Shown here one piece after another: positions 1 to 11,664 of a DNA stretch of 64,000 bases (positions are counted from its first letter, which is position 1; each line of letters opens with the position of its first letter). The notes under the pieces are model-generated. The model did no database searches. It had not been told where the DNA came from and saw only the letters and a list, made by a program, of their open reading frames with translations. Origin of the DNA: Chiloscyllium plagiosum (Eukaryota); contig NC_057718.1 in the NCBI RefSeq assembly GCF_004010195.1, positions 51,654,373 to 51,718,372 of the forward strand, written 5' to 3'. The position numbers were made by a program, and so were the translations under genes.

Positions 1-1360
1 CTCTGCTGAGGTAACGAGGCCATCTAGCATCTTCTCAGGCCAGATTAAGTATCCTGATCTAATTTAACATTCTTATGGATTCTTTTAAAAAAATTCTACA
101 CATGTTCACCAGTTTTAAGAAATTGGTCATATGTCATTACCCAAAGTGTATGGAAAATAACAGTATTGCAATCAGTGACATTCTTTTGATCTGTCATTTT
201 ATAATTAAACATTACTTTTGTATTTTCTATATGTTTGTGCCCACTCTTGACTTACCACATAATTTCAGAAACCTTAAAAGAAATTAGAATAATAAAAGCT
301 AGATTGAAACAGGAATCATTTCATACATTGATATAACTAACACAGAATAAGACACGGAAAATCATTTTATTTAATACTGTACTGGTGTAGTAATATATCC
401 ACACTATATCAAATAGATTTTCACCACAAAAACAAATTTCTGAGCATGCCAATGTCCTTTATCTTATGTTTGGGATGTAAACATAGAAATTAAGACTGGA
501 TTGTGACTTCATAATCAAAAATTTAAGTTATATCTTGCAGAAATTTGAGACGATGTTCGGTTGATGTTCGAGCTACATATTGATAGGAGAGAATATTATG
601 AGAAAGGCATTGCATAAATATCTTATTAGTCATATTTGCTATAATAAACTATGTTTAGTACTGACTATGCAACATTTAGAAGTGAGTTTTGAGTATCAGT
701 CACAGCACAACAGTGCATTGAAAACTGAAATGCCCTATAGTTATTTCTGAGAGAATTAAATTTGCTAACAATCCGATTCCTCATCTTTTGACAGGGAAAT
801 GTATTTGCTTCCACAAAATGAAAACTCGACAATCAAATCTTGCGTCTGCCTCAGTACATGATGGAAGAATTAGTTGTGCAACTCTTCAGTTGTATATTTA
901 GAAATAAAAGTATAAATATTAATGCTTTGTTTGATCAATTGATCAGAACTTGACATATCTTTTTTGAAATATTAATTTGCCTTCTAGAATATAATGGATA
1001 TAATATCACCAAATGTACCAATATTGAACAAAGCTAAATTTGATAATTTCACATTTGTATTGCAGATATTGTTTGACACAGGTTTTTGTTTTCATAGTAT
1101 TGTAATCTAAAATAATTACATGATACTGCAACTGCATATAGCTCAGTGCATATGTAATGTTCTTCAGCAGAATATTGCAAAACAATATACCGCCTTGCTG
1201 GATTTGCACTAACTTTAAAAAAGCATGTAACTCGTACAAAAGAACATTGGGTTATGTCCAAGAGTGTCTCATTGCTAAAGTTAATAATAAAGTCTTGATA
1301 TTTACAAGGTTGTATCAGCATTCGCCACGGAAAAGCAAAATATCTCCACTTTTATAATAT

Positions 1361-2102
1361 CTCATTGCAGATGTAACATATGTAAGACACTACAGCTGCT
1401 GCAAGACAGAAATATTTTTTTTTAAATACTGAACATATTCAACAAGTCAGGTCAGTGGAGACAGAAACGGAGGTAGTGTTTCTGATTTGGCTGTGTTTGC
1501 ATCAATATAAAGCCAAACCCTTATTTCAGTGATGTGTAATATGCAAGATTAGGGTGTATATGGCTACACCTATGCATCTGGCATAGATTTTGCCAGGCAT
1601 TTGTACTTCAAAAAAAAAGCTGTGTAAGTATACCCTCTTCTTTCATATTATTCACTTCTTTCCTTTTCTTGTCTGGTTGGCATAGCTGATTTTCTGGTCA
1701 AAATATGCATACCTACTCATGTTTTTATGCAAAGGAGATGGCAGGGCAGAGGGGGTATGGGCTAATATCACTGGTTTGACATATTTCTCCACAGCTGGAA
1801 CAGCAGCCATTAGTCGCACATCCACAACTTTCTTTTGCTTTATTCAAGGGCTCAGGGTGGCCGCCATTGGGGAAGATGAATGCATTCCATTTCCTCTGGG
1901 AACTCAACAATGTATTGAAAGGATCAAATTGATATAGGCTGTAAATAAACATATTTTCTATGGTTCTGAAGAAAGTTCATTGACCTGAAACACTACCTCC
2001 ATTTCTGTCTCCACTGATCTGACTTGTTGAATATTTTCAACATTTAAAAAAAATTGTCTTATAGCATCTATAGTATCTTGCATACGTTACATCTGCACTG
2101 AG
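1361..2102 (+). mobile_element. Old 5'-truncated Penelope-like element: inverted upstream tail, degenerate ORF end, tail
   Basis: 1361-1482 and 1986-2102 are ~120-bp inverted copies (ctcattgcagatgtaacata...gaggtagtgtttc vs gaaacactacctc...tacgttacatctgcactgag). The right arm is preceded by a hammerhead-like CTGAAGA...GAAA. The spacer ORF ends EDECIPFPLGTQQCIERIKLI, reminiscent of the PLE C-terminal EQHLIFRLGTLQP.G.NI motif. Confidence 0.55.
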
Positions 2103-2105
2103 GTA

Positions 2106-3164
2106 CAGAACAACCTCAATTATCCGAACAAGGCAGGTGGGGGGTATTTTGTTTGGATAACTGATCGTTTGGATAACTGATCAGGTTCCCGTGGCGGCAG
2201 AAATAGCAGGAACAGGGTCCCGTGGCAGCGTCAATAGCAGGAACAGCGTTCTGTGTCAGCGGCAAGAGCAGAAGCAGGGTTCCCGTGGTGACAGCAATAG
2301 CAGGAACAGGGTTCCCATGGAGATGGCAATAGCAGGAACAGGGTTCCCATGGCAATGGTAATAGAAGGAACAGGGCCTTCTGGTGGTGACAATAGCAGGA
2401 ACACGGTTCTGTGGTGAATACAATAGCAGGAACAGGGCCTCCTGGTGTTGGCAATAGCAGGAACAAAGATTCCCGTGGCGACAGCAATAGCAGGAACAAT
2501 GTCCTATGGCAACAGCAAAAGCAGGAACAGGGTTCCCAAGGCAGTGGCAATAGCAGGAACAGGGTCTCCTGATGGTGGCAATAGCAGAAACAGGGTTCCC
2601 GTGGAGATGGCAATAGGAGGAACAGGATCTCATGGTGGTGGCAATAGCAGGAGCAGGGTTCCTATGGAGATGGCAATTGCAGGAGCAGGGTTCCTGTGGA
2701 GATGGCAGTAGCAGGAGTAGGGTTCCTGTGGAGATGGCAATAGCAGGAACAAGGTTCCCGTGGAGACAGCAATAGCAGGAACATGGTCTTGTAGCGAGGG
2801 CAATAGCAGGAACAGGGTTCCCATGGAGAGGGCAATATCAGGAACATGGTCCTGTAGCGAGGGCAATAGCAGGAACAGGGTTCCCATGGAGAGGGCAATA
2901 GCAGGAACATGGTCCTGTAGCGAGGGCAATAGCAGGAACAGGGTTCCCATGGAGAGGGCAATAGCAGGAACATGGTCCTGTCGTGAAGTTAATAGCAGGA
3001 AAAGGGTCCCATGGCGACCTTGTCCCTACTCTCACTGCCAGCCCAGGCTACCTGTTCTCACTGTGCTTTTTAAAAATGCTATAACATTTTTACTTGACCT
3101 TGAGGACTTGTTCAGATAATCTGATATTCGAATAATTGATCTTCAGATAACGGAGGTTGTTCTG
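2106..3164. mobile_element. Non-autonomous Tc1/mariner (pogo/Tigger-like) MITE with internal minisatellite
   Basis: Left TIR CAGAACAACCTCAATTATCCGAA (2106-2128); the reverse complement of 3142-3164 is CAGAACAACCTCCGTTATCTGAA (20/23 identical). TA flanks at 2104-2105 and 3165-3166. No transposase ORF. Confidence 0.85.
2180..3017. repeat. 31/32-bp minisatellite, roughly 26 units
   Basis: Unit GGCAATAGCAGGAACAGGGTTCCCATGGAGAT and variants. The last third alternates 31- and 32-bp units, giving a 63-bp period. Confidence 0.95.
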
Positions 3165-5599
3165 TATTATACAAGTGGAGTCTATTTTGATTTTCTCTGG
3201 CAAATGCTGATAAGATCTTAATATTTACAAGATTGTATTACAATACAATTAACACATTAAATTCTGCCCTTTGCAATACGGCTTACATTTATATTCAAAA
3301 TAAGTAAAGCAAATTGCGTTGAATCTCAAAATGAATACTCCAGCCAGTAACATTAGATTATACGTCAATTCCGCATTAGTTAAAATCTTCACACAGTTTG
3401 GCCAATGGTGTTGAGATGAAGTAAAGGTTCATTTTCTGTGCTATGTCTTTTTTATTATAACTTGTGCTATTACTGCTGATATTGTAATATAGACCGGGTT
3501 GGCAATTTCTCCTTCTACAAATAGAAATAATGAAAGCTAGTGATATAGCTAAGAAGGGAAATTGGAGAGTGAGCAACAGTACGACAGCTACACAAACATT
3601 CCCTTAAGATTGAAGGTATTCTTATCCTTACAAACAAGGATATTATCAGCTACCTGAGTCACTGCATTTAGAGTTCCAAACTGTGGCCATGTACTCAGCA
3701 GCACAATTTCTGTCAAAAGCATTTAAGATGATAAAATAACCCTATAGCAAATAGTTGAAAACAATAAAAGCTGTAAAACTGAAGTCTGTAACTGAGTCCA
3801 AACAAAACAGTGTAATATTCCCTGCTGTGGTTTCAGCTGCAATAAATCTTTGACAGTGCAGGCTTTTTCCAAACAGTTTTCTGGCACTGACAGACAGATT
3901 ATAATTTCTTGAACAGAACAAAGGAGGAAGCACTTTTCTAATTTTACACTTCAGATGCATGCTTGTGAGTATCAGAAGTTCTGGTATGAGCTACGTACAA
4001 TGTTCTGTACATTAAATTAAAAGATAATGTTTGACATTAAAACACAGCTCTGACAAGCAATAGGGTTTGCTGAAGTGAGAAAATTAACCAGAACGCCTTC
4101 TGAAAAGAAAGTGACTTATTTACTCCATGCCATGCTTGGATTAATAGAACTTGCATCCAACAATTAGCTGTTGGATGCTCACACTTTCTCTCATTGCTTT
4201 AGAACATACAAAGATAGAACAGGGGATTGTTACTTTTTGAATTGACTTATCTATTCAAACTTAGTTGCAGATAACTTAGTGAACAGAGTTGTAAAGAGTT
4301 ATCAAATACATACAGTACAATAACTAATCTAACACAAATACATATAAACTGAGTCAGTAGCTTTAAATAATATCAATACTTCTTAATGCCATCCTTTCAC
4401 AAAATTAAGTGAAACTTCTAGGCCACTAAAAGATGTTAGGATACAAAATCTGAAAAACTGAGGTAGCAGACTGTCTGGTTAAGAATACATATTTGAAAAT
4501 TCTGAGGCATGCTGCATGCAATCTTTTTACTATTAGTCTAAATGGCTAAGAAGTCCTGATCAGAGCATACAGAATTTCTGATAGGGTTCCCCACATAAAA
4601 GGCTAACCTTAATAAACATAAGCTGTGAAACTTTTCTTAATACTTGTTCTTTTTTACTGTTATGAGATCCCATCATGTTATTTAAAGCCATCGTCAGCTA
4701 CATTCACGTTAGTTATTAATTAATTTCTATTGGCTGTGGCTGTGAAACCTTTTGTAATGGGTTGCTAACAACTCCAGGAATAGTTAGATGATTTTATCCT
4801 GACATTAATAGTTCTGCATGGACCCTTTGGGAATGAAAATTGGTGCAGTGACATTGGTACATTTTTATTTCATACCAAAGGACAATAGGTTGAACAAGAA
4901 GAGGCAACATAGAGTAGACAAACTGCTGGATGAGCAAAAAGGAGTGGAAAATGAGAGGAAGAAGGGTCCACAGTAGAACACATCTAACCAAGGTATTCAG
5001 GTTGTGATTGTCCAAACAGAATGCCAGTGAATATGTGAAATATCTCTGTTCTATTACGGTCCTCACTAAAATCTGCTGCCTATTGCAACTATCATTGCAA
5101 CCTCAGAGCAGGACAAACACACAATTGTCACTGGCTGTGATAGTGATCATAGGTGTACATCTTTATATATCTGACTCCTTCCAGACTGGAGCAGATGATA
5201 TTTCCATTATCACCTAGTATATCAGCTACTGCTGTACAAAAGAAATAATTCTTCATTTACAGGAGAGAAGCAAGTGGAGAAAGCAGCAATTATTGAAACT
5301 ATTTTCATGGCGCAGAATGTGATCGCATTATCCTGCAACCACTGCATGTCAACTTTAAGGCATACTGTAAATCTAAAGGATTCCACTCCCTTAATAACCA
5401 TCTGCAGTACATCATGCAGGTTAATACCTGAAACCTAATTGCTGGCACAATGCTTTCACTCTGGTACTATTGTCTATGTCATTTATATCTGACCAATCAC
5501 TAAGTGTGTGACACAGTCTATCCTTTGATAATAATTCGGATGCTCAATTTATGCACATGAGAAGCATGCATAATACAAACGTCATGTTGTCACTCAAAT

Positions 5600-6080
5600 T
5601 GAAATGGAACAGAGCACTAAGATGCACCCTTGTAAGCCTCTTCTGCACCCTCTCCAAATGCAATTCTCTAAGTGAAGCCTAACCAAAGTCTTATAAATCT
5701 GCAACATGACATCCTGATCTTTGTACTCAATTCCCCAATCAATAAAGACAAGCATGTCATATGCCTTCTTTACCACCCTACCAACTTGCATGGACACTTT
5801 CAGGGAGCTATGGACTTGAACTCCAAGGTTCCTTTGTACATCAACACTGTTCAGGGTCCTGCCATTAACTGTGTAGTTCTCCTTAACATTTGATCTCCCA
5901 AAGAGCTACATTTCACACTCACCCGAATTAAACTCCATCTTCCCTCTCTCTGCCCATATCTGCAATTGATCTATATCCCGCTGTATCCTTTGATAATCTT
6001 CTACATTATCCACAACTCCACTGATCTTTGTATCATCAGCAAACATACTAGCCCACCCATCTACATTTTGATCTAAGTCA
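5600..6080 (-). mobile_element. CR1-clade LINE reverse transcriptase fragment
   Basis: Minus ORFs contain SMFADDTKISGVVD...IQRDIDQLQIWAE and VMLQIYKTLVRLHLENC. Confidence 0.9.
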
Positions 6081-6142
6081 AGACCTTGGAGTGCAGGTTC
6101 ATAGCTCCTTGAAAGTGGAGTGGCAGGTAGATAGGATAATGA

Positions 6143-6311
6143 TTCTGGATTAGAGGTGCTGGAAAATCTCTCCACCCTTCAGGTACTCTACCTGTATTCC
6201 TGATGAAGGGCTTTTGCCCGAAACGTCGATTTTACTGCTCCTCAGATGCTGCCGGATGTGCTGCGCTTTTCCAGCACCTCTAATCCAGAATCTGCAGTCA
6301 TTGTTTTTACC
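6143..6311 (+). mobile_element. Penelope-derived short element with hammerhead motif, inserted in a CR1 LINE
   Basis: TSD tagataggata(a/g)tga at 6128-6142 and 6312-6326. A perfect 26-bp inverted repeat lies at 6141-6166 and 6267-6292. Confidence 0.8.
6196..6231 (+). ncRNA. Minimal type I hammerhead ribozyme motif (PLE-associated)
   Basis: CTGATGA-A-GGGC(TTTT)GCCC-GAAA-CG-TC: full core, 4-bp stem II, palindromic ACGT stem III and GUC cleavage triplet. Stem I is weak. Confidence 0.7.
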
Positions 6312-7231
6312 TAGATAGGATAGTGAAGAAGGCATTTGGTATGCTTTCCTTTATTGGTCAGAGTATTGAATACAGGAGTTGAGAGGTCATGTTGCAGCTG
6401 TACAGGACATTGGTTAGGCCACTGTTGGAATATTGCCTGCAACTCTGGTCTCCTTCCTATCGGAAAGATGTTGTGAAACTTGAAAGGGTTCAGAAAAAAT
6501 TTACAAGGATGTTGCCTGGGTTAGAGGATTTGAGCTATAGGGAGAGGCTGAACAGGCTGGGGCTGTTTTCCCTGGACCGTTGGAAGCTGAGGGGTAACCT
6601 TATAGAGGTTTACAAAATTATGAGAGGCATGGATAGGGTAAAAAGACAAAGTCTTTTCCCTGGGGTCGGGGAGTCCAGAACTAGAGGTCATAGGTTTAGG
6701 GTAAGAGGCGAAAGATATAAAAGAGACCTAAGGGGCAACTTTTTCACGCAGAGGGTGGTACGTGTATGGAATGAGCTGCCAGAGGATGTGGTGGAGGCTG
6801 GCACAATTGCAACATTTAAGAGGCCGGGTGCTGGCAGGTGGGACTAGATTGGGTTGGGATATCTGGTCGGCATGGATAAGTTGGACCGAAGGGTCTGTTT
6901 CCATGCTGTACATCTCTATGACTATATTTGCATATACCTTACATATATGCTGGTAATTTTTCCAGCACTTTTTAAAAAATTTCAGATCTCCAATACCCAC
7001 TATTTTGCTTTTCTTCATCTGTTTAATAAGGTTTACTGTCCCCTATTTGGTACCTCAGTGTATAGATCAAATTCTTTCCAGCTCTCCAACTTCTATTTAC
7101 CATCCTTTCTCAGCTTTTCTTCCTATCTACTCAGAGCCAAGAAAGTTTCTCAATCATCATAAAGGGGTTCTATTTTGGATGCTATTTCCAATTTGTTCCA
7201 TAGCCCTTTCTCTTGTCAAACAATGATCTCT

Positions 7232-7440
7232 TTTCAAACAGACATTGCTGGAGAAACTCAGCATGTCTAGCAGCATCTGTGGGGAGATGAACAGAGTTAA
7301 TGTTGAATCCAGTGAATCTTTTTGGACTTGAAATGTTAACTCTCTTTCTCTCTTCACAGTTGCTGCTAGATCTGCTGACTTTTTTCAGCAATTTCTATTT
7401 AGGTTTCAGATTTAGAGCCTCTGCAGTTCATTGGTTTATT
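7232..7440. mobile_element. Old PLE-derived inverted-repeat element nested in the Copia fossil
   Basis: ttgctggagaaactcagcatgtctagcagcatctgtgggga...gagttaatgtt is mirrored by atgttaactctc...ttgctgctagatctgctgacttttttcagcaa. Confidence 0.65.
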
Positions 7441-7657
7441 TTGTCTGTGACCACTTCTCACATTCCTATCTCATTCTGGACTATTACTACAGATTTCATC
7501 GTCTATGCCTTTTGGCTGATCACTAGCTTTTCCCAAGAGGTATGTTCACTTCCACATCTATTTTTTTGAATGCATACTCTATCGTATAGCCTTCCACATC
7601 TTTACCTCATTTTGTAAAGCCATGGATCTTACCTCCTGCATTTCATAATGCATATCT

Positions 7658-7955
7658 GGGTGGCACAGTGGTTAGCACAGAGACCCGGGTTCAATTCCCA
7701 CCTCAGGCAACTCTCTGTGTGGAGTTTGCACATTCTCCCTGTGTCCGCGTGGGTTTCCTCCGGGTGCTCCAGTTTCCTCCCACAGTCCAAAAAATGTGCA
7801 GGTTAGGTGAATTGGCCATGCTAAATTGCCCGTAGTGTTAGGTGCTAGGTGTGGGTGGGTGCGCTTCGACGGGTCGGTGTGGACTTGTTAGGCCGAAGGG
7901 CCTGTTTCCACACTGTAAGTAATCTAATCTAATCTAATCTAATCTAATCTAATCT
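7658..7955 (+). mobile_element. HE1-type V-SINE with (AATCT)7 tail
   Basis: A box tggcacagtgg, B box gggttcaattcc, V-domain tgtgtggagtttgcacattctccc...tttcctcccacagtccaaa, and a LINE-derived tail. Confidence 0.92.
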
Positions 7956-9944
7956 AGCCAATGCTAATGCCAGTGGCTTTCTTAGCTTCCCCAACAATGT
8001 TGGTGTTCATGCATTCTCTGTCTTCTTCTGGCAGTGTTACTTTGGTGCTATTTTATTGTTGTTGTCCTCTGGGCAAACAGCCTTCTCCAACCTTTGTATG
8101 ACTTTGCCCATGTTCAGTGTCTCCTTTATCTCCCATAATCTGGTGCCCACAATGGCTCAATATCTCTGTGTGCAAAGTTCATGGTGCCTCTGCTCTTATG
8201 CAGATACTGCAAATGTAATCAATGCCAATTAACCCCAATTAATGCCCTCTAACAGTTTGGTTGCCATGCTTTAAAATTACTCCTTCTCCATTATCACCTA
8301 TAACCTTACTCTTTCTGCCTTCTCTTTTGTAAGATATGATGTCCGCAGATTAAAGTAAATTTCAACGGCCTTATATAATACAGAAACACTCACCATTACT
8401 GAAAGCCCTCCTCCCTGAATAAGGAGCATTCAAGTGCCCAGAAAACTTGGAATGAATTATTGTCCCTTTCCAAGGTAGGGATCATCATTCACAAATTAAG
8501 AAACCTATGGATTTCTTCCAAAAGTAATTAATATGAATTGTTGGCCTGCAACTATTTGCAGAGAGCTCTTGGCATGGACTACCCACGCTAGAACAGAATT
8601 ACAACTTACAACTTGGTTGGTCTGCAACAATGTTATGAAACATCTCTTGAATATAGCACAATTTCCTCCACACCATCCATTACTAAAGGCACTTTCCACT
8701 GCTATGGCCACTACTACAGTGTTCATAATTTCACATATATCTACACTCATCATTGGCATATTTTCCCTTCCTCCCACACCCACTGTTAGTTAGGAATTTA
8801 GCCAGTGCCACTAGTCTTATCATTGTCCATTTCTCCTTTATCTTGTCCACTATTACTTGTTTATTCTTATTATATTTTAATTAGTCTGAATAAATGTAGT
8901 TGCACTGTGTATGAACTATAAGATTTTTTTCTCCTTACCCCATATCTTGAAGAACCACTGCTACAACTTTGTTAAAAGTGTCATGCTAATGGGATGTTCA
9001 TTATGGACCATGGAGGGCTCCTTTTTTTTAACATATTTCAGATCATGCCTGATCATTTCTGTAAATTTAATGCTCTCATCATGTTTGTTCTCCTGCTTCC
9101 TTTGATAGGATTTTTAACCTGTGTGGATATAATGGACAAACTGCTAATGTATTTAACATAACTTGCCTTTTTCCTTTAAATTCTTGTCTCTCGATGTCAA
9201 TAATACCTGTTTAATATTCTAATTACTGAAGTTAGGTCTTGTTATGGGAATACAATCCAGTCCAAATTGTAGAAACTATAAATGCACTGGCTTCTCAAAA
9301 ACAATTACTGTACTTTGGTGTGTTCCATGGCCACTTTCATTAGAACCGTTTTTTAAATAGCTGGCCTGCTCAATAGTAAAGGTATTTTACTTGGCACTAC
9401 ATTGGCATTGGTAAAGTGCTTTGCTGCTGCTATTTTCAGTGACTTTAGCACATCATCATCCCCAAGTCGGAAGAACTCTCAAATGTCTTTCATTATCTTT
9501 CAAACATTCCAGATAGCATTTACAAATTCACACACTGGATGCATCCATGTCCAACACAGCACAATTGACTGAGTCTGCATGTAAAATATTCATTATTGGA
9601 CTGAAGCTTCTTACAACTAATACAATTCCTTCCGTCCTGTCAGTATCACAATCTTCTCCTTCCAAACCTTCTGTGTTGTTTGTAATTTAGAAAACTTTGT
9701 TACTTGTTTAGAGCAATTCTTCAGCAAGTTTTCAATCTTAAACAGCTGTTGCCCATATTGCAGGCATTCTTGGGGTTTGTTATTCTGTTGTAGTTTCTTT
9801 TCATTTTTGTTTGTTATTGTTGCCAGAGGTATAACTATCCTCATGCTTTTTTTTATCATGAATATCCTTTTTGTATTGATGTTGACAGCCTGTATCTGGT
9901 CAGTGTCATATTGCCATAACCAATGAGTGCTGCACTTTTTGGAT

Positions 9945-10040
9945 AGACAGGCCAGAGGCTGGAAGAACACAGCAAGCCAGGCAGCATCAGGAGGTGGAGA
10001 AGTCAACATTTCAGGTGTCACCCTTATTCAGGACTGGGGA
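9945..10040 (-). mobile_element. PLE tail fragment nested in the Copia fossil
   Basis: gctggaagaacacagcaagccaggcagcatcaggaggtggagaagtcaacatttcagg is homologous to the other PLE-tail copies. Confidence 0.6.
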
Positions 10041-10671
10041 TGAAGACTAGGACATTTTTTGAGTGGCTGCTGAATGATCCACTTAAACCAGAAGGATTGT
10101 GTTGGGAATGAATGTTTTCCCAGGATTGTTTTTTGAGGCTTCTAACAATGGTTTCAAAAACATGTTTCTTTCTGAAAATTTAGTTTCAGTTAGCACGACA
10201 AGTCCATTGACATTTGAAACCTTAGAAGGGTGTGAAAATTAAAGGGCAAGCAATGAATTCGGAATCTCCAAATAGAATTTTGCAATCTTGCATATCGTCA
10301 GCATATTCCATTATATATTCTTCTATAGAGATTATCCATCTTTCTTTATAAATCTATCAAGGTCTGACCAAGCCTCATTTGTTTTTCAATTTTGCCTATA
10401 AATATTACTAGATTATGCAAATATTTCTCAGTGCCCTCTAACTCTGAGAATACTTTACACAAGATCCTGCTTCAAGTAGGAGGTATCTTTGAAAATGTCA
10501 TAACCTGACCCCTTATACATACTTCATTTCTCCATTGATCCCAACATTCAGCTTCATAGAAACCAAGTCTCATCACTTTACAATTAGTATCAACAGCCCT
10601 TCTCAAAAGTAACTCAAATTACAACCTTCATTCTGAAAGGAACTCCGACATTTCAATCTTCATCTGTAGGC

Positions 10672-10689
10672 AACCATCCACTGCCATCA
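10672..10689 (-). other. Primer-binding site complementary to the tRNA-iMet 3' end
   Basis: The plus strand AACCATCCACTGCCATCA matches the tRNA-iMet 3' end AACCATCCTCTGCTACCA at 15/18 and lies 1 nt from the LTR terminal CA. Confidence 0.75.
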
Positions 10690-11664
10690 ATGTTAGTCTG
10701 GATCCAAGCCAGTTGAAGAGGCAGAAAACCAAGGTAACTTGCTTTGGGAATACAGTTAATTAATTCAGTCTTACAGCTTTCCTCCACCCTCATTTTATAG
10801 GTGCTCCACATATAAAAGTTAGACAATTAATAGCCACTTGCTTTTTTTAAATCTTAAACAAAGGCATTAGCCAACTTAATAATGTGATTCACCAGTTATC
10901 AATGCAATAAAATCAAAAGAATACATCAAATGAATTACGTTGTGTTACAATATATTAGAATGGGAGGTATATTTTCCAAGTCGTAGTTGTTACAGAGGAA
11001 CTGAGTCTGTCATTAGTGTTCATCAGAAAATTGTGGTCAAATTGAAATTGCAGGTTTGAACAGCAAATGTTGAAGACCTTCCACTGTAAGCATTCACATT
11101 GTCATAAGCCCATAATAAAGCTCAGAAACCACCATCAGGAAAAGGCATTGATATCTTAACAAAGCCTGCCACTTCTTGTTTCACAAATACAGCTCCATCA
11201 GGGTTTTCGTTTCTCTCACCTGAAGCAGTGCTGCGTGTTAAATGGCAGTGCCATTTCACGATTTGGAAATATTTATCTGCTTTAACTTTTGAATTAGAAT
11301 GAATGTATCTTTATCTTGGTTTCTGAATGTGAGAAAAATATAAATGAAACTAAAAAAAAACACACCAAAAGCATACAAGGAAACATGGATGATATAAAGA
11401 TAGTGAAAGTCTGGAGTTCTCATTTCCCAAAAGTACGTAGATGTTCGGTCAATTGAAAGTTAAGATTAAGATTGATTTTACTTTTGTTAAGCATGAATAT
11501 TTAGAAACATAGAACAAAGGTGGGCTGACGTAGAGATCCGTAAAGTTCCAACTGATGGAAAATGTTTGAGGAACTATTCAATTATTCAATTTCAACCAAT
11601 TTTAATTATGTGATCAATCAATGTGGTTCTTACCAGAGGCCGACCTTTCTTTAATTAACCAAAT

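Larger units (their letters stand above)
6081..6925 (+). mobile_element. CR1/HER1-like LINE 3' end, interrupted by a PLE-derived insert
   Basis: ORF 6389-6847 reads MLQLYRTLVRPLLEYC...FFTQRVVRVWNELP. The 3' tail ggaccgaagggtctgtttccatgctgta resembles the HE1 SINE tails. Confidence 0.92.
6925..10860 (-). mobile_element. Degenerate Ty1/Copia LTR retrotransposon (GalEa-like), 3'-truncated
   Basis: Minus-strand order: LTR end ...ctaaCA (10691); PBS 10672-10689; gag-like EAWSDLDRFIKKDG...IEEYIME (~10310-10376); protease ADSVNCAVLD, FRLGDDDVLKS and VVPSKIPLLLSRPA (~9356-9578); integrase KFLTNSG...YANDE...AVESAFSNGWC...LAWVVHAKSSLQ...FGRNP (~8505-8800); RT start KLESWKEFDLYTEVPNRGQ (~7037-7093). 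Many stops and frameshifts. The LTR 5' boundary is uncertain. Confidence 0.8.

Noticed and set aside
1..650. Terminal exon (donor at 10/11, acceptor at 540, AATAAA at ~643)
   Set aside because: The peptides (KFETMFG* or NLRRCSVDVRATY*) are unrecognised and the upstream exon lies outside the window. It cannot be supported.
1712..1938. Minus-strand exon or Cys-rich (metallothionein-like) peptide
   Set aside because: All three frames stop before the donor. The segment is better explained as the spacer of a PLE inverted structure.
2180..3017. CRISPR-like array (constant gcaatagcaggaaca core with variable intervals)
   Set aside because: The intervals are only ~15 bp and related to each other. 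There are no cas genes and the context is eukaryotic. It is a minisatellite.
2116..3119. Cys-rich and repetitive ORFs
   Set aside because: They are translations of the tandem repeat in several frames on both strands.
6389..6847. Host CDS of 152 aa
   Set aside because: It is the C-terminus of a 5'-truncated CR1 ORF2. The same applies to 21028-21570.
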